Shown: positions 1 through 9,231, numbered from the stretch's first letter. The stretch: 32,000 bases of DNA from Candidatus Electrothrix sp. GW3-4 (GCF_037902255.1 NZ_CP147990.1:4350001-4382000), one strand, 5' to 3'. Program-made: numbers and translations. The notes: generated from the sequence alone by a model not told the origin.

Positions 1-1
1 A

Positions 2-169
2 TCCCTTGCAAGCGAAAACGCGAGCCGCCTGGCCGCCATGCAGCGTGCCGACAAAAACATCAACGAATTGCTGGAAGACCTCAATCGGACGTTCCATAGT
101 TTGCACCAGAGCGGCATTGACGAGGAACTGTTCGACGTCATCTCGGGCTTTGAATCGCTGAGCGTATAG
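2..169 (+). CDS. atpG: F-type ATP synthase gamma subunit, C-terminal fragment (5' end lies outside the window)
   Basis: Frame-2 translation SLASENASRLAAMQRADKNINELLEDLNRTFHSLHQSGIDEELFDVISGFESLSV* matches the conserved gamma C-terminal helix (SENAxRxxAM...ItxELxEIvSG). TAG stop at 167-169. Confidence 0.75.
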   Translation, partial: SLASENASRLAAMQRADKNINELLEDLNRTFHSLHQSGIDEELFDVISGFESLSV

Positions 170-244
170 AGAGGATTCGTTTGTTGCTAAACAAGCAACA
201 GAACTCAGCTATGCTGTCCGCTTTCGCGTGGTCTTCAAGTAGTT

Positions 245-293
245 ATCCCCGGATCAATTGCAATACATTGATCCGGGGATGCCCTATTTTTCC
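245..293. terminator. Hairpin between the convergent atpG and serine-hydrolase genes
   Basis: Perfect 14-bp inverted repeat ATCCCCGGATCAAT (245-258) / ATTGATCCGGGGAT (267-280) with an 8-nt loop, followed by GCCCTATTTTTCC. Confidence 0.55.
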
Positions 294-361
294 ACGAATA
301 ACTCGACGCATCTCTCCCTTGTCCACGGGGAGCGAAACGCCCCTCCAGGATTCACCTATGA

Positions 362-1438
362 CTATTTTGGCCTTCGGCTGCAGGCTGTAACCAGGAGCGC
401 CATGCGAGCGTCTGCTGGCCCCGGACCGGGGTGAAAGGGGGCAAAATCACCCACACCGGCGACAACCAGCGCCATACTGGGAATCACAGTGACGGTCTCC
501 TTATTCCAATGCCCATTGGCCTGAAAGCTGTCTTCTGGCAGGCTGGGCCAGATCCTCTTGCCCGTATTGAACCACCAGTTCATCCCGTAATTGCCAGGGC
601 CAAAGCGGGACTGGTTGCCGCTGCCCCCATAGGTGCCGATCCCTAAATAATCCCGGGCTGGCTTTACAGAGATGGGCAGTGATTCCGGGACCTGATTGTT
701 GAGGTAGCGTGCAAAGAAATCCTCACTCAAGAGTTGCTTGTCCTTCCATTTGCCTTTATTGAGCCAGAACCAGCCGATCCGGGCAAAATCCCTGGGAGAG
801 GTATGGACAAACCAGCCATATCTTCCCACCTGTTCAAAGACATCGCCATCCTGAAATTGCAGGGTTCCGAGCCTGTTCTTCTCCATGAGGATCTGATTGG
901 GATCAGCAGCAAAAACCCTGTTGAAGAGGGTGTTATGGTAGAGTTTGATCGCGTAATCATTATAGGCAAAGGCCTGGCCAGGAGACTCGCGCCGGGCATA
1001 GCCGCTGGTCATATTCGCCAGATGATGGAAGGTTATCTCTTGGTCTTTTCCCAGCAGCTCGGGCAGAAAGGGGTTGACCTTCCCGTTGATCTCCAGCTTA
1101 CCCTCCTGAGCTGCAAAGAGCAGGAGGGTGCTGAGCACTGGTTTGGTGGCTGAGGCCCACATGGTGCGGCCCCTTGGGTTGCCCCAGGTCTTGATCAGGT
1201 AGCCGTTTTTGATAATAACCCCAGAGCCTCCAACGGCCTGGGTAAATTGCTCCAGGGGCTCTGCATTCCCGCATAAAGACTCAGCAGGTCGCTGTTTCCA
1301 CTCCTTTCCCGGAAAAACGAGGTGTTTTGTCTCGTTTTTTGCTCTGGAGCGCTGCTCCGTCATGTCTTGGGAAAGTGGGGAACAAAGAGAGAGGAGACCG
1401 AGGTAGCAGAAAAGGAGCAGATACGGAGCGTTACGCAT
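362..1438 (-). CDS. Secreted serine hydrolase, beta-lactamase / PBP4-like family
   Basis: SxxK motif (WASATKPV). I place the start at ATG 1438 (MRNAPYLLLFCYLGLLSLCSPLS, signal-peptide-like). The 1552 start in the ORF track would overlap the upstream gene by 100 nt. Lies 13 nt downstream of the SGNH gene stop. Confidence 0.75.
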   Translation of the reverse strand: MRNAPYLLLFCYLGLLSLCSPLSQDMTEQRSRAKNETKHLVFPGKEWKQRPAESLCGNAEPLEQFTQAVGGSGVIIKNGYLIKTWGNPRGRTMWASATKPVLSTLLLFAAQEGKLEINGKVNPFLPELLGKDQEITFHHLANMTSGYARRESPGQAFAYNDYAIKLYHNTLFNRVFAADPNQILMEKNRLGTLQFQDGDVFEQVGRYGWFVHTSPRDFARIGWFWLNKGKWKDKQLLSEDFFARYLNNQVPESLPISVKPARDYLGIGTYGGSGNQSRFGPGNYGMNWWFNTGKRIWPSLPEDSFQANGHWNKETVTVIPSMALVVAGVGDFAPFHPGPGPADARMALLVTACSRRPK

Positions 1439-1451
1439 ACCCCGCGCTCTG

Positions 1452-2402
1452 TTAGCTCGCACGGTATCGTTTTCTGAAACGGGCCAGGAAAAGACCAGAG
1501 GAAGAGAGCAGGGCAATGGCAGTAATAATTTGTTCTGCCGGTGAGAACTCAACCAGGAAAAAGCTGGCCGTGAGTAGGGGCAAGAGGAGTATCCGGACCA
1601 AAAAGCGGATGATGTTATGCTGGCGGATGAAATCGGCGATAGGTGGAGAATAGGTGTAATAGAGTTTGACCAAATACAAACCAGGCTGATTTGTCATCAG
1701 ATAGAGGTCGCGGAATCTTTTCAGGAGGACAACCTGGGGCTCAAGCCCTGTTCCGTAGGCTGCGGTGGCAATGAAACAGCCCCCGCCCCCGCTCCCACTG
1801 CTGGCATTTTGGCTATTAACCAGTTGCGAGTAGAAGCCCTGAGCTATTTTTACGGACCCATCTTCATTGGGGTGGATTCCGTCAACCGTGAGACTGGACC
1901 AGTCTGAGACCACATTGGCGTAGGTATCAACCAGTGTGGTATTGCCGCTTTGCGCCAGATTGATGATACCTGGGTTATAGTTTTCCGGCTGATAGCCTGT
2001 TTTGCTGATGTTGGGGGGGATTGTCGACAGGATGGGCACGGCCCCGGCGGCCACGGCCTGTTCAAGCATATTATTCAGATTGAACACCGTGGTCTCAGGG
2101 GAGATGGCCTCCATAACATCGTTGGCTCCCTCCATAATCAGCACATAATTGGGGGCATACGTTGTCAGTACTCCTTGCAGGCGATAGACGCCACTGTAGG
2201 TATCTTCTCCGCCTTCTCCCGCATTAATCACCTGCGTACCAGACGAGGAGCCGTACATATTTTGCAGGTTGGTTGGATAAGGAGTCGCCGTATGCCCCTC
2301 CGTGATAGAGTCGCCGAAGCAGACAATGACGTCTGCATAGGAGAGAGAAACAATGAAAAGTACTGCTACGACTCCTGCTGAGAATATTCTGAACAGCCTC
2401 AC
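1452..2402 (-). CDS. SGNH/GDSL-family hydrolase with a Gly-rich linker and a CFIATAAYG-type C-terminal membrane anchor region
   Basis: N-terminal signal peptide. Block I is [10 protein letters not shown], with a later GANDV and a DGIHPN block V. C-terminus is [16 protein letters not shown] followed by hydrophobic helices and the basic tail RFRKRYRAS. Confidence 0.8.
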   Translation of the reverse strand: MRLFRIFSAGVVAVLFIVSLSYADVIVCFGDSITEGHTATPYPTNLQNMYGSSSGTQVINAGEGGEDTYSGVYRLQGVLTTYAPNYVLIMEGANDVMEAISPETTVFNLNNMLEQAVAAGAVPILSTIPPNISKTGYQPENYNPGIINLAQSGNTTLVDTYANVVSDWSSLTVDGIHPNEDGSVKIAQGFYSQLVNSQNASSGSGGGGCFIATAAYGTGLEPQVVLLKRFRDLYLMTNQPGLYLVKLYYTYSPPIADFIRQHNIIRFLVRILLLPLLTASFFLVEFSPAEQIITAIALLSSSGLFLARFRKRYRAS

Positions 2403-2433
2403 CCTACCCCCCCTCTTACTTTTGCTTATCTCG

Positions 2434-3189
2434 TTAATAAATTTTTAGAAAGAACTGACTGTTGCTGGGGAGAAATGAGGGGAGCTTAACGTCCTGCTCT
2501 TTGTCGTCCTCGACCTTCTCTTCTTCACGCTCTAATTTTTCCTGCTCAGCAGACCAGCCTGTCTTGTCCGTATAAACAGAAGCAAGTTTTATGTATGTGT
2601 TGCCACGGAATCCTATCCAGCTGACTTCTATCTTGCCCTCTTCATTATAGGCGATCTCGGGTTTGATATCCGGGACCTCATTGGGGGCATGGATGACTTG
2701 GGGATCGCTCCATCTTTTTCCCTGATAGCGGCTGTAATAGATATCATCATTTCCTCCGTCATTGCCTGCCCAGACCAGCAAGAGCCCTTCCTTTTTATCT
2801 GCCAACACGGATGGGGCGATGGAGGAGTGCTGCTCCATAGGGAGTTTTTGCGGTTCGCTCCATTCATTGTCTTGGAACACAGCATATTCAACAGAAATGC
2901 CGTCAGGGCGGACCGCAGACCAGAAAAGCCATTTTGTCCCGTCGTCCCCTCTGTCAAGGACGGGATGGAGATTATCGGCGTTATTATCGGTTATCTTGAC
3001 AGGGATCGTCCACTCGCCGTCCTTTTTCATACTGCTGAAGATCTCGTGGCGGAGACCATCTGATTGGGACCAGACCAGATCCTGTTGCACCGAAGCGGCT
3101 TTTCCCTCTTTACCCAGGCAGGAAACGATAAGGAAAGAGAGAAAAAAGATAAAAAGTTGAACGGTATGCCGGTTTGATTTCTTTCGCAT
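2434..3189 (-). CDS. Hypothetical lipoprotein with four W-containing beta-strand repeats (beta-propeller-like)
   Basis: ATG at 3189. Lipobox-like LIVSC after a basic N-terminus. Recurring pattern (G/D)xxW(S/T)xPxx(I/L)...P...G...LxW repeated about 4 times. Acidic C-terminal tail. Confidence 0.6.
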   Translation of the reverse strand: MRKKSNRHTVQLFIFFLSFLIVSCLGKEGKAASVQQDLVWSQSDGLRHEIFSSMKKDGEWTIPVKITDNNADNLHPVLDRGDDGTKWLFWSAVRPDGISVEYAVFQDNEWSEPQKLPMEQHSSIAPSVLADKKEGLLLVWAGNDGGNDDIYYSRYQGKRWSDPQVIHAPNEVPDIKPEIAYNEEGKIEVSWIGFRGNTYIKLASVYTDKTGWSAEQEKLEREEEKVEDDKEQDVKLPSFLPSNSQFFLKIY

Positions 3190-3258
3190 CTTTTTCAGGG
3201 ACTCCCGAGCAATTTGTTGAAAACAAGAAACAAGCTCAAATAAGCAACAATTTTTTGG

Positions 3259-5211
3259 CTACATACCATATTTACCTATATCACGCAAGCCGACCAATAT
3301 AAAATTATATACAGAGAGAGAAAAAAGTGCAAAAAACAATATGTAAAAAAGAGGGCGGAAAATGATCCGCCGACAATGATAAAAGAGAATGGACGTCATC
3401 GGGATAAGAGGCAGGAAATAGCGTCCTTGGGCCTGGAAATCGACCGTCCAGGCATGCCAGCAGGCCACGACAATGAGGAGCAGGGCCGTACCTGCTGAAA
3501 TTGTCAGGAGCAGGATACCTGCACTCTGTCCACGATAAGCGATGGAAATAATCAGAGTCAGCAGCAGGGCTATACCGATATAACGTACATAGTCGTAGTA
3601 GGTAAATGAGCCGGAATATTGGGTGTATCCATAAACACCAAAGGAGGTGCGGAAGGATTTTTCTCCCCAGCGGTCTGCTGCCAGAAAATGCTCCAGGCTT
3701 GTTCCGCGCTTGCGCATTTCCAGGTAGGCGTGCCTTTTTTCAATGGGGGTATCTGGATTGAACAGTTTATCTGCGTATTGCCTGCGAGCCTCAAAGAGCA
3801 GTTCGCCTTTATTGAAATCATTGACCCAGGCATCGGTGAGGTGCACGCCAGTAAAGACTGAGCAACCGATGAGGAGGACTGCTGCTAGCCGGAATAGTTT
3901 TTTCCCGTTCCAATGTGGGCGCATGACCCACACTTTCCAGAAGAAATAGAGAAAGAGGAAGAGGTAGAGGAAATAAAAATTTTGCTTTAAGAGCAGTAAA
4001 AAACCAAGAAGGAGCCCCAGGCAAGCGATCTTGATCCACGTGTGTTTCGGCTGCTCAGAAAAGGCCAGGGAGGTCAGGGCTGAGTTTTTGCCAGCAAGCT
4101 GGTAGGCTGCAAGCAGGCTGATAAAGGTGGCAAAGGCATCAGAGTTGAAGTAGCTGAAAATATACCATATCTGTGGGGAAATAAGAAAAGGGAGCAGGAA
4201 GAAGCGAAAGTCTTGTTTGTGGAAGGCGAGAAAGACCAAGGTCCCGAACAGCAGCACGTTCAAGAGGCGGAGGAGAAAAAAAGACTCCACGTACAGCGGT
4301 TGCAGGAGGCGGAGGTATTTTCCAGCCAAGAGGTAAATGATTTCTCCAGAATGGAGACGAGACACGCCATAAGCGCTGTAGGTGTCTGTAATAGCGGGAT
4401 CACAAACCTTGGGGGGCAGGGTGTGGTTGGTGAAATATTTCCCGGCTGTCACATGGACATACTCATCAGGATGGGTATTGAAGTCGCTGATCAGGGCCAT
4501 GGTCACAATCAGGCCCAAGGCCGTTGCTCCCAGGACAGGAAGAAAAAACGAGTTATCAAAAAAAGAACGAAAGAGAACATAGCCTGCTAGAGCCAGCAGG
4601 GCCACAAAGAACAGGCGGGCAGCCTCGGCTGGATCAGTGAGCGGGGAAAAGAGTCGTTCTCTGCTCGGCAGATGGAGTTTCAGCTGTGGGTCCTTGCTCT
4701 TGACCTGAATGGTCACGCCTTGGTCGTGCCTGGTCAAGGACTCCACCCCGCTGATGACCTCAAGGTTGGTAAAATCTCCTCGGTTGTGTACGAGATAATC
4801 AGAATAGCCCCATTGCTTGATACGCAGCTCTTTGATCGTGATCCAGGCTGTTTTTTCACTGGGATCCAGACGAAGAGAGCCCACCTGGGCGGTATTATTC
4901 ACTCGGAGGGAATAGGTCCTCTTGCCCGGCTCAATCAGGAGCTCCGTCATGTTGCTTTCACTGAAATTACCTGCTTTGTTGGGCCAGTAGACCTTGAAGA
5001 CGGTCCGGGTATCGGTCTCCAGTTCCAGTTGCAGCAGGCCACAGTTCAGGACCAGAAAGTAATATCCGGTCATCAGGAGGAGAACGCAGAGGAGAGGGGG
5101 CCACCATTGTCTGATTGTTACGGCAGCGTCCGACTGGTCATCATCGTCGTTGAGACCAGTCAGAAGGGGTGGGCAGGCTGGCTGCTTGCAAAGCGAGCGA
5201 AACAGGTTCAT
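3259..5211 (-). CDS. Large polytopic membrane protein, possibly a GT-C-fold (ArnT/PMT-like) glycosyltransferase with an N-terminal extracytoplasmic beta-rich domain
   Basis: 650-aa ORF. One TM helix, then a ~150-aa soluble segment, then about 12 hydrophobic helices. An acidic loop motif HPDEYVH follows the first helix of the polytopic part. The function is inference only. Confidence 0.6.
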   Translation of the reverse strand: MNLFRSLCKQPACPPLLTGLNDDDDQSDAAVTIRQWWPPLLCVLLLMTGYYFLVLNCGLLQLELETDTRTVFKVYWPNKAGNFSESNMTELLIEPGKRTYSLRVNNTAQVGSLRLDPSEKTAWITIKELRIKQWGYSDYLVHNRGDFTNLEVISGVESLTRHDQGVTIQVKSKDPQLKLHLPSRERLFSPLTDPAEAARLFFVALLALAGYVLFRSFFDNSFFLPVLGATALGLIVTMALISDFNTHPDEYVHVTAGKYFTNHTLPPKVCDPAITDTYSAYGVSRLHSGEIIYLLAGKYLRLLQPLYVESFFLLRLLNVLLFGTLVFLAFHKQDFRFFLLPFLISPQIWYIFSYFNSDAFATFISLLAAYQLAGKNSALTSLAFSEQPKHTWIKIACLGLLLGFLLLLKQNFYFLYLFLFLYFFWKVWVMRPHWNGKKLFRLAAVLLIGCSVFTGVHLTDAWVNDFNKGELLFEARRQYADKLFNPDTPIEKRHAYLEMRKRGTSLEHFLAADRWGEKSFRTSFGVYGYTQYSGSFTYYDYVRYIGIALLLTLIISIAYRGQSAGILLLTISAGTALLLIVVACWHAWTVDFQAQGRYFLPLIPMTSILFYHCRRIIFRPLFYILFFALFSLSVYNFILVGLRDIGKYGM

Positions 5212-5280
5212 AATGCTGGGGTGAGCGAGTTTTTTGGACGTTGGTAAGATATCGGCATCCTGGGGAAATAAGAAAATGCG

Positions 5281-6378
5281 TCAGATTGACAGCATTCTGT
5301 CCAGACAGCTTCTGGCCTGTGCAGCTATTGCCTGAGGGACCTGGATTTGATTAACAACCTTTCCTTTAGCCAGATTATCCAGCACCCAGAGGAGATTGGC
5401 TGGCTTGACCGCTGACATGGTCGGACAAAGGCAGGCCGGGGTCAAGGAGTGAATGGTTTTGTCAGGATATTGCTTGGTCAGGCGATCCACGAGGTTGATT
5501 TCTGTGCCGATAACCCAGTGACTGCCCGCTTTGCTGGCAGCCACAGCGGAAATAATAGCCTCTGTTGAGCCAGACATATCTGCCAGGCGCACGACCTCGT
5601 TACGGCATTCCGGGTGGACCATCACGGTTGCCTGGGGATCTTGAGCGCGCCAGGCATGGACATGTTCAGGAAAGCTCCGCATATGGACCTCGCAATACCC
5701 GTCCCAAAGAACGACCTTTGCCTGCCTGAGCGCCTCTTGGCTGCATCCGCCCAGAGGCTCGCCGCGTCGCCAGAGCACAACCTGTTCTTCAGAGAGGCCT
5801 AAGGCATATGAGGCATTGCGTCCGAGATGCTGGTCTGGAAAAAAGAAAACCAGTTTTCCTTGGGAGAGGGCCCATTCAAGAACCCTTTCCGCATTTGATG
5901 AGGTACAGGAGGCGCCGCCCTTTTCTCCGACAAAGCTTTTCACGTCTGCTGAGGAATTCACATAGGTCACCGGTGTGATGGCGTCCTCTGCTATCCCGGT
6001 AGCGGTGCTGAGTTCGTTCCATGCTGCCTCAACCGCAGCCCTGGTAGACATATCCGCCATAGGGCAACCGGCATCAAGATGCGGGAGAAGGACCTGCTGG
6101 TGTTCGGCAGAGAGAATATCTGCGGCTTCGGCCATGAAATGCACCCCGCAAAAGATGAGAAATGTTTTATCTTTGATCTGCGCGGCGTCTGCGGCCAGTT
6201 TTAAGGAGTCACCGGTGAGATCAGCAAATTGGTACAAAGAATCATGCTGGTAATGATGGCTGAGAATGAGAAGGTCCTGAGCGAGCTCTTTTTTTCGGGC
6301 TGCAATGCGTTCAACAAGCTCTTCTTGCTGCATTCCCTGGTATGTAGATCCGATATCTGGCTGTTGGGCAAATGACAT
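5281..6378 (-). CDS. nadA: Quinolinate synthase NadA
   Basis: Hallmark motifs FCGVHFMAE, VNSSADVK and MVHPEC, plus Fe-S cysteines. 365 aa. Confidence 0.95.
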   Translation of the reverse strand: MSFAQQPDIGSTYQGMQQEELVERIAARKKELAQDLLILSHHYQHDSLYQFADLTGDSLKLAADAAQIKDKTFLIFCGVHFMAEAADILSAEHQQVLLPHLDAGCPMADMSTRAAVEAAWNELSTATGIAEDAITPVTYVNSSADVKSFVGEKGGASCTSSNAERVLEWALSQGKLVFFFPDQHLGRNASYALGLSEEQVVLWRRGEPLGGCSQEALRQAKVVLWDGYCEVHMRSFPEHVHAWRAQDPQATVMVHPECRNEVVRLADMSGSTEAIISAVAASKAGSHWVIGTEINLVDRLTKQYPDKTIHSLTPACLCPTMSAVKPANLLWVLDNLAKGKVVNQIQVPQAIAAQARSCLDRMLSI

Positions 6379-6420
6379 GGTGACCGGGCTCCTTTTTGTC
6401 GTTTTGCTGTTTTTTCTGCC

Positions 6421-6510
6421 GCTAAGACAACTGCGCTAAGATAACTGTACAAGACAGTTGCACACAATTTGTACAAAATGAGACTGTCTGTACAAAATTT
6501 GTATCAAACC
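6421..6510 (-). promoter_or_regulatory. nadA upstream region with clustered TGTACA-type motifs and a 13-nt direct repeat (candidate operator/promoter)
   Basis: GCTAAGACAACTG (6421-6433) and GCTAAGATAACTG (6435-6447). TGTACAAGAC at 6447, TTTGTACAAA palindrome at ~6468-6477, TGTACAAAAT at 6489, TGTATCAAA at ~6500. All lie 40-130 nt upstream of the nadA ATG. Confidence 0.3.
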
Positions 6511-6532
6511 AGTTTTTTGGGTTCAAAACAAT

Positions 6533-6566
6533 AAAAAAAGCCCCTGCCCGGTCAGGCAGAGGCTTT
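6533..6566 (-). terminator. Intrinsic terminator downstream of hpf
   Basis: Minus strand reads AAAGCCTCTGCC-TGACCG-GGCAGGGGCTTTTTTTAT, a GC-rich stem followed by a T7 run. Lies 30 nt after the hpf stop. Confidence 0.65.
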
Positions 6567-6594
6567 GCACTTGATCTATATGCTGAGACAGTAA

Positions 6595-7134
6595 TCAGGC
6601 GGATTTCACCCATACTGCCTGTAATCCTTTAATGCCATCTTCCATAGCAAGGCTCACAGCAGCTCCTTCCTCAAGGTCGTCCATGGAGACATCTTTCAAT
6701 GCATTGGCATGAAAAAAGACTTCCTGATTATCATGGGTCATAATGAAGCCGTATTCGGCAAACATGCGCTGGACTGTGCCCCGGGCATCGCCACCTGGAA
6801 CGCCGCCTTGGGTTTTGGGGCTGACCTGATGCTTGTGGTTATGCTTTTTCTGGACAATATCCTTTAATTGGAGCCCGAGGACATCAAAGCTCTCAACCAA
6901 TAAGGGATGTACTTTTTCGCCCCAGCGTTTGACGACAACAGTATCGTTTGGTACAGAGGCAACCAAGCTGATTTCGTATCCCCCTTCTTTATAGCCTGGA
7001 GTAGCTGCAATGGTAACGCGAAGGTGAAGAACCAAGTTGGCATAATGGCGGATAAGTTTTTCTCGTTCTTCTTCTATTTTTTCCTGCCAGCCGTTGCGCA
7101 TGTCAAGATTTCTGGCTTCAACTTTTAGATCCAT
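6595..7134 (-). CDS. hpf: HPF/RaiA-family ribosome hibernation factor fused to a C-terminal cold-shock (CSD/OB) domain
   Basis: The N-terminal ~100 aa follows the S30AE/HPF pattern (MDLKVEARNLDM...HLRVTI...YEISLVASVP...FDVLGLQLKD). The C-terminal GTVQRMFAEYGFIMTHDNQEVFFHANAL...EGAAVSLAMEDGIKGLQA resembles a CspA-like CSD. GGAGG lies 5 nt upstream of the ATG. Confidence 0.85.
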   Translation of the reverse strand: MDLKVEARNLDMRNGWQEKIEEEREKLIRHYANLVLHLRVTIAATPGYKEGGYEISLVASVPNDTVVVKRWGEKVHPLLVESFDVLGLQLKDIVQKKHNHKHQVSPKTQGGVPGGDARGTVQRMFAEYGFIMTHDNQEVFFHANALKDVSMDDLEEGAAVSLAMEDGIKGLQAVWVKSA

Positions 7135-7472
7135 ATATCCTCCACAATTTAATAGTACCAGCGACCCTGTGTCGCTGTTTTCTCAAAGATTATTCGTATC
7201 ACTCTTGCCCGAAAAGTTCTTCCATCAGCAACACTGCCCCTCCGATGCCCGAGAGTATCGAAAACTGTTCTGTAAAGATCGCAGAACGTGCAGAATAAGA
7301 AGGGGATGTTGGGCGTTGCCAGGAGGAATTCAGGGTAGTTAACGTGAAATATAACCTTATCATACTTTTATTATAGACATTGATCTTTGAATAGACAAGA
7401 TCTAAAACGACATTTACTTGACGAAAGCTTCCTGGTGCGTGTAGCCTGAGACATCATATAAAAAGCAACAGG

Positions 7473-8456
7473 ATGAAAGATATGGCGCAAAAGATCGGTG
7501 TGTTGTTGTTGAATATGGGAGGGCCGGAAAAACAAGAGGATGTTCGTCCTTTTCTCTATAATCTCTTCTCTGACCGACAGATTATCCGTCTTGGTCCGGC
7601 TCTGCTGCAGAAGCCCATTGCCGCAATGATCGCTCGCAGACGTGCCCCGGTCAGCAGGGCGAATTATCAGAAGATTGGAGGGGGATCACCGCTTCCCCGT
7701 ATAACCGCTGCGCAGGCACAGGCCTTGGAACAGATCCTGGCGGATGACGGGGTGTTTATCGTCCGTTCCTGCATGCGTTATTGGCATCCCTTTGCCGATG
7801 CTGTCTTGCAAGAAATGGTTGCTGTCGGAGTAACCAAGTTGATTGCTTTGCCCCTGTATCCTCATTATTGTCGGGCGACAACGGGTTCGTCTTTTTTAGA
7901 TCTCAGGCAGCATAACGAAAAGCTTGGTTTGGACCTGCCCGTACGGGAAATCCGTTCCTGGCCTGCTGAACCGGAATATATCCATGTCCTGGTTTCCCGT
8001 ATCCGGGAAGGATTAGCCTTGTTCGCCGCCGAGGAGCAAGGGGCTGTGCAGTTGGTCTACAGTGCCCATAGTTTGCCCAAAAAATTTATTGAGCAGGGCG
8101 ATCCCTATGTAGAGGAGCTCAAGCGCACCATAGAAGCGCTTGAAAAACAGCTTGGTCGCCAGGGAAGGCTTTGTTTTCAAAGCCGCAGTGGCCCGGTGGA
8201 GTGGCTGGGACCCAGTACGCCAGATATGCTGAAGCAGCTGGCTGAAGAGGGGTGGAAGAATATTCTCATGGTCCCCCTTGCCTTTGTCTCTGATCATATC
8301 GAGACCTTGTATGAAATCGATATGCTGTACAGGGAGCAGGCGGCAGAGCTGGGGATGCGACTGGAATCAAGCCGAGGGCTGAATGATGATCCGCAATTTA
8401 CCAAGGCCTTGCGGACCCTGGTTTTGCGTGCAGTGGATGAAGAACATAACAGCTGA
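7473..8456 (+). CDS. hemH: Ferrochelatase
   Basis: IGVLLLNMGGP...DVRPFLYNLFSD, LPLYPHY and FVSDHIETL motifs. An alternative ATG lies at 7482. Confidence 0.95.
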   Translation: MKDMAQKIGVLLLNMGGPEKQEDVRPFLYNLFSDRQIIRLGPALLQKPIAAMIARRRAPVSRANYQKIGGGSPLPRITAAQAQALEQILADDGVFIVRSCMRYWHPFADAVLQEMVAVGVTKLIALPLYPHYCRATTGSSFLDLRQHNEKLGLDLPVREIRSWPAEPEYIHVLVSRIREGLALFAAEEQGAVQLVYSAHSLPKKFIEQGDPYVEELKRTIEALEKQLGRQGRLCFQSRSGPVEWLGPSTPDMLKQLAEEGWKNILMVPLAFVSDHIETLYEIDMLYREQAAELGMRLESSRGLNDDPQFTKALRTLVLRAVDEEHNS

Positions 8457-8458
8457 TA

Positions 8459-8965
8459 CTACTTGTTCAGGAGGTGTTTTTGCTGTTTTTTCTGCTGCAG
8501 GCGGGTGAAGAAGCGAATTGTGATCAGATAGGTGATGATGCCAAGGGGGATAGCCAGGACAAGTCCTCCTGTCTGGAGGACCAGCATGGCATCAAAACCC
8601 AACTGTCCCATTGTCTTTATTCCCTCAAGGAATGACGACTGTCGGACCAGGACTAAGACCTCATGCAGTTGTTCCCAATCCAGCCTGCCCGGCAGCAGGA
8701 TGCTGCCGATCTTCCAGGAGAGATAGTATTGGGCAGCAAAGGTGAGGGGGTTACTGACGATGGTTCCCGCTATGAGGGCGGCAATCGTGTTGACCCGGAG
8801 CAGCAGCGTCAGCCCGACGATGCATATGGTATGCAGGGGAAGGGTGGGGGTGATGGCAATGGAGGCCCCCAGGGCTGAGCCGAGAGCCAGAGAAGAAGGT
8901 ACGTCTTGGAGGCGGAGAAAACGGAGATAATAATATCGGCTTGCCCGCCGAGGATTCAGTTTCAC
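8459..8965 (-). CDS. DUF2062-family membrane protein
   Basis: GTG start. N-terminal RRxxRYYYLRFLRLQDVPSSLALGSALGASIAITPTLPLHT is typical of DUF2062, followed by 3-4 hydrophobic helices. Convergent with hemH across a 2-nt gap. Confidence 0.75.
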   Translation of the reverse strand: MKLNPRRASRYYYLRFLRLQDVPSSLALGSALGASIAITPTLPLHTICIVGLTLLLRVNTIAALIAGTIVSNPLTFAAQYYLSWKIGSILLPGRLDWEQLHEVLVLVRQSSFLEGIKTMGQLGFDAMLVLQTGGLVLAIPLGIITYLITIRFFTRLQQKKQQKHLLNK

Positions 8966-9191
8966 GGCAATGTTTTTACGGGCGTAAAATGCACAATACC
9001 TCTCCCATTATGAGGTGGGGTATCAAGAGAAAAAGGTCGTTGGTACAAGGTGTACAATAGTGATGACGAGGCAGACAGCAGAGCGCTGGATGTAGAACTC
9101 TGTTGGATATTTTTGGTTTGAAATGTAGTGAAATCGAGAGGGAATGTCGAGGAAAAAGGACCGTACCAGTTAGCAGGCGGGATACTGGAAA

Positions 9192-9231
9192 GAAAAAAAA
9201 GACCGGTCAGCTGGGGCCGACCGGTCTTTTA
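9192..9231. terminator. Bidirectional-looking intrinsic terminator downstream of pal
   Basis: A8-AGACCGGTC-(loop AGCTGGGGCC)-GACCGGTCT-TTTTAAAAAA: a 9-bp stem flanked by A and T runs, 23 nt after the pal stop. Confidence 0.75.

Noticed and set aside
7161-7186. Plus-strand terminator-like hairpin CAGCGAC-CCTGT-GTCGCTG followed by TTTTCTC
   Set aside because: No plus-strand gene ends upstream of it. It lies in the 5' leader of the minus-strand hpf gene, so it is more likely a leader structure. I did not call it as a feature.
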